A stretch of 64,000 bases of DNA from Clostridiales bacterium. GTDB taxonomy: Bacteria > Bacillota > Clostridia > Oscillospirales > UBA644. This document shows, piece by piece, positions 1-11,596 of this stretch. Each line of letters begins with the position of its first letter. Position 1 is the stretch's first letter. The stretch lies in assembly GCA_003343705.1 (NCBI GenBank), contig QAKR01000026.1:27598-91597 (forward strand), written 5' to 3'. The position numbers and the translations under genes were made by a program. Under the pieces are notes generated by a model that worked only from the letters and a program-made list of their open reading frames with translations, had not been told where the DNA came from and did no database searches.

Positions 1-1108
1 CTATATACTCTTCAAGAATCTGTTTCAGATTAAGTATTTTCGGCTCACCTTTTGAAAGAGCAAGAAGTATAATCGAAAAAGTATCTTGAAGTTGAGTGTT
101 TTTAAAAAGCTGATTCAAGACAACCTGAGGGTTAGCATCACGCTTAAGCTCTATAACGATTGTCATACCGTTACGGTCACTTTCGTCTCGAAGGTCATGA
201 ATACCCTCTATGCGCTTAGTATTTACATGTTCTGCAATATCTTGTAAAAGTTTAGACTTATTGACCATATACGGGATTTCGGTAACAAGAATACGAAAAC
301 GCCCGTCTTTATATTCTTCTATTTCAGTTTTTGCTCTAACAGTAATTTTTCCACGTCCAGTATTATATGCATTACGCATAGCGGTTTTACCCATCACAAT
401 ACCGCCTGTAGGGAAATCAGGACCTTGAATAAAATTAAGAAGTTCGTCAACTGTCGCTTCTTCATTTTCCATTAAATAGATAACAGCATCAATAACCTCG
501 CCTAGATTGTGAGGAGGAATAGAAGTTGCCATACCTACTGCAATTCCTACAGACCCGTTCACTAAAAGGTTTGGAAAACGTGAAGGTAAAACAACAGGCT
601 CTGAAAGTCTTTCATCATAGTTCGGAATGAAATCAACGGTTTCTTTATCTATGTCACGCACCATTTCTAATGCCATTTTTGCCATTTTTGCTTCTGTATA
701 ACGATAAGCAGCGGCAGGGTCACCGTCTATGTTACCAAAGTTACCGTGTCCGTCTACAAGAGGATATCTCAGCGAGAATGACTGTGCTAAACGAACCATT
801 GCATCATAAACAGAGCTATCACCGTGGGGATGATAACGACCTAAAACGTCACCGACTGTAGTAGCCGATTTTAAATATGGTTTATCCGGTGTCAGATTAT
901 CTTCAAACATTGTATATATAATACGTCTGTGAACAGGTTTTAATCCATCCCGGACATCAGGAAGAGCACGTGCCACAATAACGCTCATTGAATATTCCAG
1001 AAACGAAGTTTTCATTTCTGTATTCAACTCACGCAGAACAATATTCTGGTTTCTGAAAAGCTCGTATAAATCTTCTATAGGCTCTTCATTTTTTCTTTTA
1101 TCGTCCAT
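1..1108 (-). CDS. gyrA: DNA gyrase subunit A, N-terminal ~369 codons (gene continues past the left edge)
   Basis: Absent from the ORF track because there is no stop in the window. Hand translation of the minus strand from ATG at 1108 gives MDDKRKNEE..., later [14 protein letters not shown] (catalytic Tyr motif, about 690-730). Lies directly downstream of gyrB. Confidence 0.9.
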   Translation of the reverse strand, partial: MDDKRKNEEPIEDLYELFRNQNIVLRELNTEMKTSFLEYSMSVIVARALPDVRDGLKPVHRRIIYTMFEDNLTPDKPYLKSATTVGDVLGRYHPHGDSSVYDAMVRLAQSFSLRYPLVDGHGNFGNIDGDPAAAYRYTEAKMAKMALEMVRDIDKETVDFIPNYDERLSEPVVLPSRFPNLLVNGSVGIAVGMATSIPPHNLGEVIDAVIYLMENEEATVDELLNFIQGPDFPTGGIVMGKTAMRNAYNTGRGKITVRAKTEIEEYKDGRFRILVTEIPYMVNKSKLLQDIAEHVNTKRIEGIHDLRDESDRNGMTIVIELKRDANPQVVLNQLFKNTQLQDTFSIILLALSKGEPKILNLKQILEEYI

Positions 1109-1125
1109 TTATTATTCGTCCTTTC

Positions 1126-3344
<2,219 letters not shown>

Positions 3345-3374
3345 ATAACTAATTCCCGCATACCTTTCTTTTGT

Positions 3375-4463
3375 CTATTCAGCTTCTTTTACATATCCGT
3401 CGCTTATTTCAAATAATTTTGATTCACCAAAATCAGTCAAATTTTCACAAGCAGTTATTATTACCTGCTTGTCCCGAATTTTTTCGATTATATAATTCTT
3501 TCTGTTTTTATCAAGTTCTGAAAAAACATCATCAAATAATAAAATCGGATATTCATCTGTAACAGTTTTTAAAATTTCAGCTTCACCAAGTTTCAAGGAC
3601 ATTACTGCAGAGCGTTGCTGCCCTTGTGAAGCAAATGCTTTTGCGCTTTTTCCATTTAAAATAATGCCTAAATCATCTTTATGAACACCTACATCGGTGT
3701 AACCTAAAACAAGATCTCTATCACGGTTTATAAAAAGCTTATTAAGTAAAATTTCCTCTGTTTTCCATACATCAATCTCATCACCACATACACTTAAATA
3801 TTCAAGCGACAAGGTCTCTTTACCTCCGGAAATTTCATATATTACATTTTTCGCATGCTTTTCAAGTTCTTTTAAATATTTTTTTCTTAAAATATAAATC
3901 CTTGCACCTAGTTTTGCAAGTTTTATATCCCAAGCTTCAAGTGTCTGAAGCTGATCAATATCTTCACTCTTCAGCATATTATTACGTTGGAATAGAACTT
4001 TGTTATAGTCTGAAATCAAAGAAAAATATTGTGGTTTTATTTGTGATATTGCAAAATCTATAAATTTTCGTCTCATATCCGGTCCTTCTTTTATAAGGTT
4101 AAGGTGAGACGGAAAAAATAACACTGTGGAAAAATTTCCTATAAGTTCCGATGGTTTTACCTTTATATCATTAAGATATATTTCACGACGTTTTTTTTCA
4201 TAATAACGTAATTCAGCACTTTGTTCTCGTGAATTCTTAATAAACCCTACTTTTAATTCAGAATAATTTGAGTTGTGATTAATAAACTCTTTTTCATTAT
4301 TTGTCCGAAAGGATTTTGATGCAGAAAATAACCATAATGCTTCAATAACATTTGTTTTACCTTGAGCATTAAGCCCTGTTAAAATGTTTACACCATCAGA
4401 AAAAGAGATTTTACCCAAACGTAAATTCCTAAAATTTTGAGTTTCTAATGTTTTAATTATCAT
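3375..4463 (-). CDS. recF: DNA replication and repair protein RecF
   Basis: 362 aa with N-terminal Walker A (GLNAQGKTNVIEAL). Sits after dnaN and overlaps its end by 11 nt. Confidence 0.93.
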   Translation of the reverse strand: MIIKTLETQNFRNLRLGKISFSDGVNILTGLNAQGKTNVIEALWLFSASKSFRTNNEKEFINHNSNYSELKVGFIKNSREQSAELRYYEKKRREIYLNDIKVKPSELIGNFSTVLFFPSHLNLIKEGPDMRRKFIDFAISQIKPQYFSLISDYNKVLFQRNNMLKSEDIDQLQTLEAWDIKLAKLGARIYILRKKYLKELEKHAKNVIYEISGGKETLSLEYLSVCGDEIDVWKTEEILLNKLFINRDRDLVLGYTDVGVHKDDLGIILNGKSAKAFASQGQQRSAVMSLKLGEAEILKTVTDEYPILLFDDVFSELDKNRKNYIIEKIRDKQVIITACENLTDFGESKLFEISDGYVKEAE

Positions 4464-5577
4464 TATTGCGTATTTTTATAGGAGAAACCAGAAATACATC
4501 GTTTACATTTCCTACAGGTCTAATGCAAGCAGGTGAAACCGGTGAATTCATATAAAGAGTTAACTCATCTTCTTCTATAACACCTAAAACATCAATTAAA
4601 AATCTATCATTAAATCCTATTTCAAAACGTTCTCCAGTTGTTTGTGCAGCAGCTTCATCCAAAAAACTCATTCCTTCAGGTGTTCTACATGAAACAATAA
4701 CTGTATTTTCTTCAAGGCTGAGTTTAACAGGATTTTTTATTTTCTCATTTGTTAATACAGATGCTCTTTCAAGAACTCTCCTAAAATCTGAAGTGTTTAA
4801 TGTTACTTCTGTCTTAAAATTCTTTGGCATAACATTTTTATAATTAGAAAACTCACCTGCAAGAAGTTTTGAAGTTACTTTTACATTATCAAATTCGAAA
4901 AGAACATGTGTACTTGCACAATTAATTATGATTTCACCTTCATCAGGTTTCATAATTTTAATTAAATCTGAAAGAGTTTTACCTGGAACCACAACAGAAA
5001 AACTGTTTCCGCTTTCGTTATTAAAGACCTTTTTGCTGATAGAAAGACGGAACTGGTCACTTGTAACAGATGTAATACTGTTTCCTTCTATATCAAAAAG
5101 TACTCCCTTTAAAATAGGTTTTGCATCATTTTGTGCAACAGAAAAAATAGTTTTTTTAACAATATCAGCGAATACGCTTTTTTCTATCAATATTTTTTCT
5201 TTTTTCTCTACTAAAGGGGTTACAGGGTAATTATCAGCATCTAATACAGGAAGATCGTATTTAACTACACCACAGGAAAGATGAAGTATTTTTTTAGGCT
5301 CATAATTAAAATATACTGTGCCACTTCCCATCTTACCTACCATTTCAAAGAATTTTTTTGCAGGAAGAACCATTTTATCATTTTCAGGAACATTTTCCCC
5401 TTCAAAATAAGTCTCAGTGCTTATGTCTGTGTCAGATCCAATTAATTTTATGGTACCGTCTGTACAGGTTTCTAAATATACTCCTTCAAGAATAGGTACA
5501 GCGGATTTTACCGGTATAGTTTTTATGACAGTGTTTATTGCTTCGAATAAAATATCCCTGTCGCAAGTAAACGTCAA
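4453..5577 (-). CDS. dnaN: DNA polymerase III beta sliding clamp
   Basis: 374 aa, immediately downstream of dnaA. TTG start at 5577 with GGAGG 7 nt upstream on the minus strand. Confidence 0.9.
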   Translation of the reverse strand: MTFTCDRDILFEAINTVIKTIPVKSAVPILEGVYLETCTDGTIKLIGSDTDISTETYFEGENVPENDKMVLPAKKFFEMVGKMGSGTVYFNYEPKKILHLSCGVVKYDLPVLDADNYPVTPLVEKKEKILIEKSVFADIVKKTIFSVAQNDAKPILKGVLFDIEGNSITSVTSDQFRLSISKKVFNNESGNSFSVVVPGKTLSDLIKIMKPDEGEIIINCASTHVLFEFDNVKVTSKLLAGEFSNYKNVMPKNFKTEVTLNTSDFRRVLERASVLTNEKIKNPVKLSLEENTVIVSCRTPEGMSFLDEAAAQTTGERFEIGFNDRFLIDVLGVIEEDELTLYMNSPVSPACIRPVGNVNDVFLVSPIKIRNNDN

Positions 5578-5808
5578 AGCGAAAACCTCCCCTTAATATC
5601 AAAAACAAAGTTTTTTTTTAGTTTAAGCAGTAATAGCGGTGAAAGTGTTTAAATGTTTATTTTTTATTAAAATCAAGCAGATTTTACGTTGTTAAAGTTG
5701 TGTTGTAAAAAATGTTGGAGGTGTTGAAAGTTTATTTTTCATGAATTTTGCACCTTTGAAATCTATTGCTTGTTTAAAATTTTTTGAAGATGTTGTTGAA
5801 AACTCAGA
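5578..5808. other. Candidate oriC module (dnaA-dnaN spacer) with repeated TGTTG/GTTGAAA units and an AT-rich tract
   Basis: Called by synteny: the spacer between dnaA and dnaN at the point where gene orientation diverges. Has a near-pure A/T run at about 5650-5680 and same-strand TGTTG units at 5701, 5713, 5722, 5791 and 5794. No canonical TTATCCACA was seen. Confidence 0.5.
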
Positions 5809-7170
5809 TTAATAACTGCGAATATTTTTTATAATATCATCAATCTTTGATTTAAGAAAAATACTGTCTTCAATCTTTGTCTCAACTTTTTTTATAGAGT
5901 GATGAGTTGTGGCGTGATCTCTGTTAAACTCTTCTCCTATTTTTTCAAGTGACATATCTGTTATTTCTCTTATAACATACATTGCAACTTGACGTGCAAA
6001 GGTAATGTTTGCACTTTGTTTTTTACTTTTTATATCGTCAACAGAAACTTCAAATTCTCTTGAGACTTCAGTTAGAACTTTATCTACAACAATAGGTTCT
6101 GGTTCATTTTCTGTTGTTATATCTTTAATTGCAATTTCTGCTATTGCTATATTTGGCGGTGAATTAGATATAAGCTGAATTGCTTTAAGCTTTTTTAAAA
6201 CACCCTCTATCTGGCGTATGTTGTGTTTTATACGTTGAGCTATAAATGTTATTACATCATCGGATATTTTTATATTGAATTGTTCTGCTTTTTGTTTTAT
6301 AATTGCAACTTTAAGCTCATATTCAGGCATAACTATATCTGCCGTAATTCCCTGTTCAAAACGTGCTCTCAGACGTGTGTCAAGATATGCAATATCACGA
6401 GGGGGACGGTCAGATGATAGAATTATTTGCTTGTTATTTTCGTATAATGCGTCAAATGTATGGAAAAATTCTATTTGTGAAAGCTCTTTACCTGCAATAA
6501 ACTGAATATCATCTACCAAAAGAACATCTACAGAGCGATATTTCTTTTTAAAATCAGTCATTGTTCTTTTCTGGTCACCCAGGGGTGCACGACCTTTTTG
6601 AGTCAGCTCAACAAGTTCATTAACAAAGTCTTCGCTTTTTATGTAAAGAACTTTAGATTTCGGAAACAGTTTTTGAGTTTCATTTTTTATTGCATACAAA
6701 AGATGGGTTTTACCAAGCCCTGTATTTCCGTATATAAAAAGCGGATTATATGCGCGTGCTGGGCTTTTTGCAACGGCAAGACATGCCGCGTATGCGTGTT
6801 TGTTTGAATCACCTACTACGAAATTATCAAAAGTGTATTCGTTATAAACAGGTGTTATACTTTCCTCAATTTCTGCAACCGTTTCAGAAGTTTCAATAGG
6901 TTTTATTTTATTTGTTTTCATTTCGTTAGATGTAATTATGGATATATCCATTTCAAACCCGGCAACTTCTGCGAGAGCTGTTTTTATAACATCTTTATAT
7001 TTTGCAGTAACAACATCTTTTTGAAATTGTGATTCTACTAATAGAACAGCACAGTCACTTTCGTATTTAACAGGCTGTATAGATTTAATCCAAAGATCAA
7101 AGGCTGTCGTTGTTATGGTACCTTCAAGCGTTTCTACTGCTTTGTACCATACATTTTTGAATTCCTGCAT
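5809..7170 (-). CDS. dnaA: Chromosomal replication initiator DnaA
   Basis: Walker A GNTGLGKTHLL, Walker B VLLVDDIQF and a C-terminal DNA-binding domain (RDHATTHHSIKKV). The ORF opens at 7182, but GGAGG (7180-7176) lies 5 nt before the ATG at 7170, so MQEFKNVW is the likely start. Confidence 0.95.
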   Translation of the reverse strand: MQEFKNVWYKAVETLEGTITTTAFDLWIKSIQPVKYESDCAVLLVESQFQKDVVTAKYKDVIKTALAEVAGFEMDISIITSNEMKTNKIKPIETSETVAEIEESITPVYNEYTFDNFVVGDSNKHAYAACLAVAKSPARAYNPLFIYGNTGLGKTHLLYAIKNETQKLFPKSKVLYIKSEDFVNELVELTQKGRAPLGDQKRTMTDFKKKYRSVDVLLVDDIQFIAGKELSQIEFFHTFDALYENNKQIILSSDRPPRDIAYLDTRLRARFEQGITADIVMPEYELKVAIIKQKAEQFNIKISDDVITFIAQRIKHNIRQIEGVLKKLKAIQLISNSPPNIAIAEIAIKDITTENEPEPIVVDKVLTEVSREFEVSVDDIKSKKQSANITFARQVAMYVIREITDMSLEKIGEEFNRDHATTHHSIKKVETKIEDSIFLKSKIDDIIKNIRSY

Positions 7171-7313
7171 ATAGACCTCCATATCTTCGTATATTATATA
7201 TAATAATCATACTATAACCAAATCATTATATCATACAGTATATGTCATTTCAATAGGCAATTTAAACAAAAAGAGTTAAAAAAAGATATTTTTTCGAAAT
7301 TATTAAGGAGGAC

Positions 7314-7343
7314 TTGACAAAACGGTGTATTTTGTTATATAAT
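7314..7343 (+). promoter_or_regulatory. Sigma-A type promoter for rpmH-rnpA operon
   Basis: TTGACA (7314-7319), 18-nt spacer, TATAAT (7338-7343). Confidence 0.6.
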
Positions 7344-7437
7344 GTTAGTTAGTTGACGATTAGACTGAGGTTACAGTTTTTTAGTTGATTTTAAATTTGA
7401 TTTTTGTTTGTAATTATTCAGCAAGGAGGGTTGTAAA

Positions 7438-7572
7438 TTGGTTAGAACATATCAGCCTAAAAAAAGGCAGCGCAGTAAAGAACACGGTTTTCGTAAAAGA
7501 ATGAGAACAGCAAACGGCAGAAAGGTTCTGTCAAGAAGACGCGCAAAGGGAAGAAAACAACTTTCCTATTAA
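7438..7572 (+). CDS. rpmH: 50S ribosomal protein L34
   Basis: Too short for the ORF track. TTG start preceded by AAGGAGGG. Translation (M)[43 protein letters not shown] matches the L34 family pattern. Confidence 0.92.
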   Translation: MVRTYQPKKRQRSKEHGFRKRMRTANGRKVLSRRRAKGRKQLSY

Positions 7573-7584
7573 TCGGAAAAATAT

Positions 7585-7643
7585 GAACCGGTGGAAGTTT
7601 TCTTGCAAACCAGCAGGCAGTAAACCATCGGTTCGTTTGTTTT
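7585..7643 (+). terminator. Hairpin plus T-rich tail between rpmH and rnpA (possible partial terminator/attenuator)
   Basis: GAACCGGTGG (7585-7594) pairs with CCATCGGTTC (7625-7634), with one G-U, followed by GTTTGTTTT. The large loop makes this uncertain. Confidence 0.35.
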
Positions 7644-7656
7644 CAAGCCGTAAAAA

Positions 7657-7995
7657 ATGAAAAAAACAATATCTTTAACGGAGAATAGAATTTTCCGACA
7701 ACTTTATGCAAAAGGGAAAAGCGATGCTTATCCTCTTTTTATTCTATATTTCAAACGGAACAACAGAGATTTCAACACTCTTGGTATAACAGTCAGTAAA
7801 AAAACAGGCAATGCGGTTAAACGAAACCGATCAAAACGAGTTATCAGAGAGGCGTACAGGCTTTCGGAGAACAAAATCAAATGCGGTTATAATTTTGTTT
7901 TTGTTGCGAGAGGCGGAACTGCTTTTGTTCCGATGAATGCTGTTAAAAAACAAATGGAAACAGCATTCAAAAAAAACGGGCTTGAAATAGAATGA
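7657..7995 (+). CDS. rnpA: Ribonuclease P protein component
   Basis: 112-aa basic protein directly after rpmH. ATGA overlap with the next gene. Confidence 0.9.
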   Translation: MKKTISLTENRIFRQLYAKGKSDAYPLFILYFKRNNRDFNTLGITVSKKTGNAVKRNRSKRVIREAYRLSENKIKCGYNFVFVARGGTAFVPMNAVKKQMETAFKKNGLEIE

Positions 7996-8225
7996 AACGT
8001 GTAGCAATTGCTTTAATAAAGTTTTATCAAAAAAATGTTTCATCTGCAAAACGCCCTTGTTGCCGATTTTATCCAACGTGCTCATCATATGCACTTGAAG
8101 CCTTTGAAAAACATAGTTTTTTTAAAGCTTTAGGCTTTTCATTATGGCGAATTTTAAGGTGTAATCCCTTTTGTAAAGGCGGATATGACCCGGTGCCGCC
8201 GGTAAAAAAAAATAGGAGAAAATAA
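7992..8225 (+). CDS. yidD: Membrane protein insertion efficiency factor YidD
   Basis: Conserved [14 protein letters not shown] motif. Located between rnpA and yidC. Confidence 0.9.
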   Translation: MKRVAIALIKFYQKNVSSAKRPCCRFYPTCSSYALEAFEKHSFFKALGFSLWRILRCNPFCKGGYDPVPPVKKNRRK

Positions 8226-9278
8226 ATGCTCGATAATTTAATGCTTATCATATATTATCCTCTCGGAATGCTTTTTAAGCTGTGCTATATGATAATACAA
8301 GACTACGGTGTCGCAATATTACTTTTTGCTGTAATAGCAAAACTTGTTCTGCTCCCGCTTAGTATTAAAAATGAAAAAGGCCGCCTTAAAATGCAGGCTG
8401 TTCAACCTAAAATGAAGGCGTTACAAGATAAATATAAAGGCAATACAAGAGACCCAAAATATTCCGAAGAAATGCAAAAACTTTATGAGCAGGAAGGTTA
8501 TAATCCTATGTCAGGGTGTCTTCCACAGCTTATACAGTTGCCGATCATTCTCGGTCTTTGGAATGCGATTCGAAATCCTTTAACTTATATTTCCGGTTTT
8601 ACAAACAATAAAGTTGCGGAAATAGGTAAAGCATTTTTAGATGCAGGTAAATTGCCGGGCAATGTTACTGAAACTAATCTTTCTTCATGGTTAGCAACAA
8701 ATCAAATCTCACTTGTAGATTTGCTTAACAATCAAAGAGATGTTATAAGTGCTGTAGATATAGGCTCTTATACAAATATAAATCTGAATATATTCGGATT
8801 TTTAGGTGATATAGTAGGAACAAACCCTCAATGGAACAATTGGACAATCATAATTCCTATAATTTCTGGTATTACATCGTTTTTAGTAGGATATATTTCA
8901 ACAAAAATGAATGCTCCGAAAGACGATCCGGAAGCTGCAAAGGCGATGAAAAAAAGCATGGGTGCAATGCTTTATATAATGCCGCTTATTTCTGTATGGA
9001 TCGCATTTAGTTTTACGATTGCAATTGCATTCTACTGGATAGTTTCAAACTTGCTCAGTATGCTTCAAGCTGTTCTGTTACCAAAATATATGGATATGAA
9101 AGAATCTCGACGAAAAGCAAAAGAACCTGTGGTTGTTAAAGAGAAAAAATTAAATTATAATCAAATTGAAAAGATGGAAAGAGAAAAGAAGATGAAAGAA
9201 AAAAACGGTGAAAAAGATGAAACCGTTTTAGAAGTTAAGCAGGAAGATTATAAAATTAATAACGAGGATGAAAAATAA
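8226..9278 (+). CDS. yidC: Membrane protein insertase YidC/Oxa1 family, with Lys/Glu-rich C-terminal tail
   Basis: MQAVQPKMKALQDKYK and GCLPQLIQLPI motifs, multi-TM, conserved operon position. Confidence 0.9.
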   Translation: MLDNLMLIIYYPLGMLFKLCYMIIQDYGVAILLFAVIAKLVLLPLSIKNEKGRLKMQAVQPKMKALQDKYKGNTRDPKYSEEMQKLYEQEGYNPMSGCLPQLIQLPIILGLWNAIRNPLTYISGFTNNKVAEIGKAFLDAGKLPGNVTETNLSSWLATNQISLVDLLNNQRDVISAVDIGSYTNINLNIFGFLGDIVGTNPQWNNWTIIIPIISGITSFLVGYISTKMNAPKDDPEAAKAMKKSMGAMLYIMPLISVWIAFSFTIAIAFYWIVSNLLSMLQAVLLPKYMDMKESRRKAKEPVVVKEKKLNYNQIEKMEREKKMKEKNGEKDETVLEVKQEDYKINNEDEK

Positions 9279-10096
9279 TGGAAAAATTATTCACAGGCAA
9301 AACCATTGAGGAAGCTATTGAAGCAGCTTGCACCGATCTCGGGAAATCAAAAGAGGATTTTGCTTACGAAATAGTGGAATATCCTAATAAAGGATTTTTA
9401 GGAATAGGTTCTAAACCTGCTCAAATCAGGGTTAATTTTCATGAACAAACAGAAGCAAAACCTATTCGTGAAAAAGCACCGCAGGACAAACGTCCATCTG
9501 GGAGTTTTGAAAAGGTTGTAAGAAACGAAAGACCTATGCGTGAAATTTCAAAGCCGGTTGAATCATCTGTTAAATTTGAAAAGCCATTAAAGAAAGAAAA
9601 AAGAATTCTTGAAGGTGACGAGGCAGAAGTTGCAAAGTTTATTAACGGACTTTTTGATTTAATGAAAATTAAAGCAGAAGACATTGATGTTGAGATAGAA
9701 GAAGGTAAGTACATTAAAATTGATATGAACGGTGAAGAATTATCGTTGCTAACACGTAAACAAGGTGAAGCAATTGAAGCTGTTCAATTAATGACCTCTC
9801 TGTACATGAATCGTAAAAACGAGCAGTATTACAAAGCAACAATTGATGTAAATAATTTCCGTGAACAATCTATTGAAAAACTTGAAAGGCTTGCAATGAA
9901 AACAGCAAGTCAGGTTTTAAAAACAAAAAAAAGAGTTACTTTACGGCCTATGACATCTTTCCAGCGCCGTGTTATTCATTCAAAATTGCAAGAAGTTGAT
10001 AAAATAACAACATACTCTGTTGGTGAAGATCCGGGAAGACGCGTGGTTGTACAATATCAGTGGCCGGAAAAAAAGCAAGCAAATAAAATAAACTGA
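9278..10096 (+). CDS. jag: Jag/KhpB-type RNA-binding protein (KH + R3H domains)
   Basis: Position after yidC (TAATG overlap). C-terminal R3H-like segment LRPMTSFQRRVIHSKLQE. Confidence 0.85.
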   Translation: MEKLFTGKTIEEAIEAACTDLGKSKEDFAYEIVEYPNKGFLGIGSKPAQIRVNFHEQTEAKPIREKAPQDKRPSGSFEKVVRNERPMREISKPVESSVKFEKPLKKEKRILEGDEAEVAKFINGLFDLMKIKAEDIDVEIEEGKYIKIDMNGEELSLLTRKQGEAIEAVQLMTSLYMNRKNEQYYKATIDVNNFREQSIEKLERLAMKTASQVLKTKKRVTLRPMTSFQRRVIHSKLQEVDKITTYSVGEDPGRRVVVQYQWPEKKQANKIN

Positions 10097-10132
10097 GCCT
10101 CCCTTTCAGAGGTCAGAAAAAGCTATTAAAAA

Positions 10133-10157
10133 GGGTCGCAAAAAGCGACCCTTTTTG
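10133..10157 (+). terminator. Intrinsic terminator after jag
   Basis: GGGTCGC-AAAAA-GCGACCC stem-loop followed by TTTTT. Confidence 0.8.
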
Positions 10158-10255
10158 AACTAAAAATATAATTAGGGTTTTTACGTAAAATAAAGCAATA
10201 ATGCTTTCTTAACGATTAAAATATCCCGGTATTCGTGAAAGGATAAATTTAGAAT

Positions 10256-11596
10256 ATGGATACCATTGTTGCTCTTTCAACTGCACCCATAACCTCTGCT
10301 ATAGGTATTGTAAGGTTATCGGGAAACTCCTCTTTTGAAATTGTTGAAAAGTTCTTTTCCAAGCCTATATCAGATGTTAAAAGCCATACTGTTTCGCATG
10401 GTAAAATACTTGATACTAACGGAAATATCGTTGATGACGTGTTAATTACAGTTTTTCGTTCTCCAACTTCTTATACAGGTGAAAACATTGTTGAAATCTC
10501 TTGTCACGGAAGTCCGTTTGTCCTTAAACGAGTAGTAGAGCTTGCAATTGAGAACGGAGCACGCAAGGCTTCTGGAGGAGAATTTACTAAGCGGGCATTT
10601 TTAAACGGTAAACTTGATCTTGCACAGGCAGAAGCAGTTATAGATCTTATAGAAGCTGAAAGTGAGAGGGAAAGCGGAATTTCTCTTAAAAATTTACATG
10701 GAGATCTTTCTTTAAGTATTGAAAAATTAAGAAAAAATATTCTTGATATTTGTGCACAGATACTTGCATTTATAGATTATCCTGATGATGATATCGCGGA
10801 TGTTAGTACCGAGACATTGGAAAACAGCGTTAAAGAAGCATTTAATACAGTGACAAAATTAAAAAATTCATATAATACCGGAAGACTTATAAAAGATGGT
10901 GTAAAAACTGTTATATGCGGCAAACCGAATGTAGGTAAATCTTCTCTTATGAACAGATTAACCGGATTTGAACGCAGTATTGTTACGGATATTGCAGGAA
11001 CTACACGTGATATTATTGAAGAAAAAACATTGTTCGCCGGTATAAAACTTGTGCTTTCCGACACTGCCGGGATTCATGAAAGCAACGATACAGTTGAAAA
11101 AATTGGTGTAGAGCGTGCAGAAAAAAAACTTAAAGAAGCGGATTTAATATTTTTTGTCTGCGATGCTAAAAAAGATTTAGATGAAAACGACAATCGCATA
11201 ATTGAGAAGATAAAACATGTTGACGGAGTGAAAATAGCAGTTATTAATAAAAGTGATGAAGGAAATAACTTTTTTAAATTATCTGATTTTAATTCAACCG
11301 TAACAGTCAGTGCCAAAACCGGAGAAGGCTTTGATTTACTTGAAAAAACAGTTATAGATAATTTTGAATATATAAGTACTCAAAATAATGATATAATTAT
11401 GAATGCGCGACAGTATGAATGTATTTGCAGGGCTTTTAACGCTCTTAAAAATGCACTTGACAATATAAAGCTTACACCGGATGCAATTATAACTGATTTA
11501 GAGCGAGCGGTAGGGGCTTTGGGAGAAGTTACCGGAAAAACAACCGGAGAGGAGATTATCGAAAATATTTTTTCGAGATTTTGTGTGGGTAAATGA
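10256..11596 (+). CDS. mnmE: tRNA modification GTPase MnmE
   Basis: G1 [13 protein letters not shown]3 DTAGI, C-terminal FCVGK tail. Confidence 0.95.
   Translation: MDTIVALSTAPITSAIGIVRLSGNSSFEIVEKFFSKPISDVKSHTVSHGKILDTNGNIVDDVLITVFRSPTSYTGENIVEISCHGSPFVLKRVVELAIENGARKASGGEFTKRAFLNGKLDLAQAEAVIDLIEAESERESGISLKNLHGDLSLSIEKLRKNILDICAQILAFIDYPDDDIADVSTETLENSVKEAFNTVTKLKNSYNTGRLIKDGVKTVICGKPNVGKSSLMNRLTGFERSIVTDIAGTTRDIIEEKTLFAGIKLVLSDTAGIHESNDTVEKIGVERAEKKLKEADLIFFVCDAKKDLDENDNRIIEKIKHVDGVKIAVINKSDEGNNFFKLSDFNSTVTVSAKTGEGFDLLEKTVIDNFEYISTQNNDIIMNARQYECICRAFNALKNALDNIKLTPDAIITDLERAVGALGEVTGKTTGEEIIENIFSRFCVGK

Noticed and set aside
7351-7402. AGTTGAC / AGTTGAT units in the rpmH leader as further origin boxes
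   Set aside because: There are only two weak copies 32 bp apart, downstream of the rpmH promoter and lacking the AAA extension. They are indistinguishable from chance in this composition.
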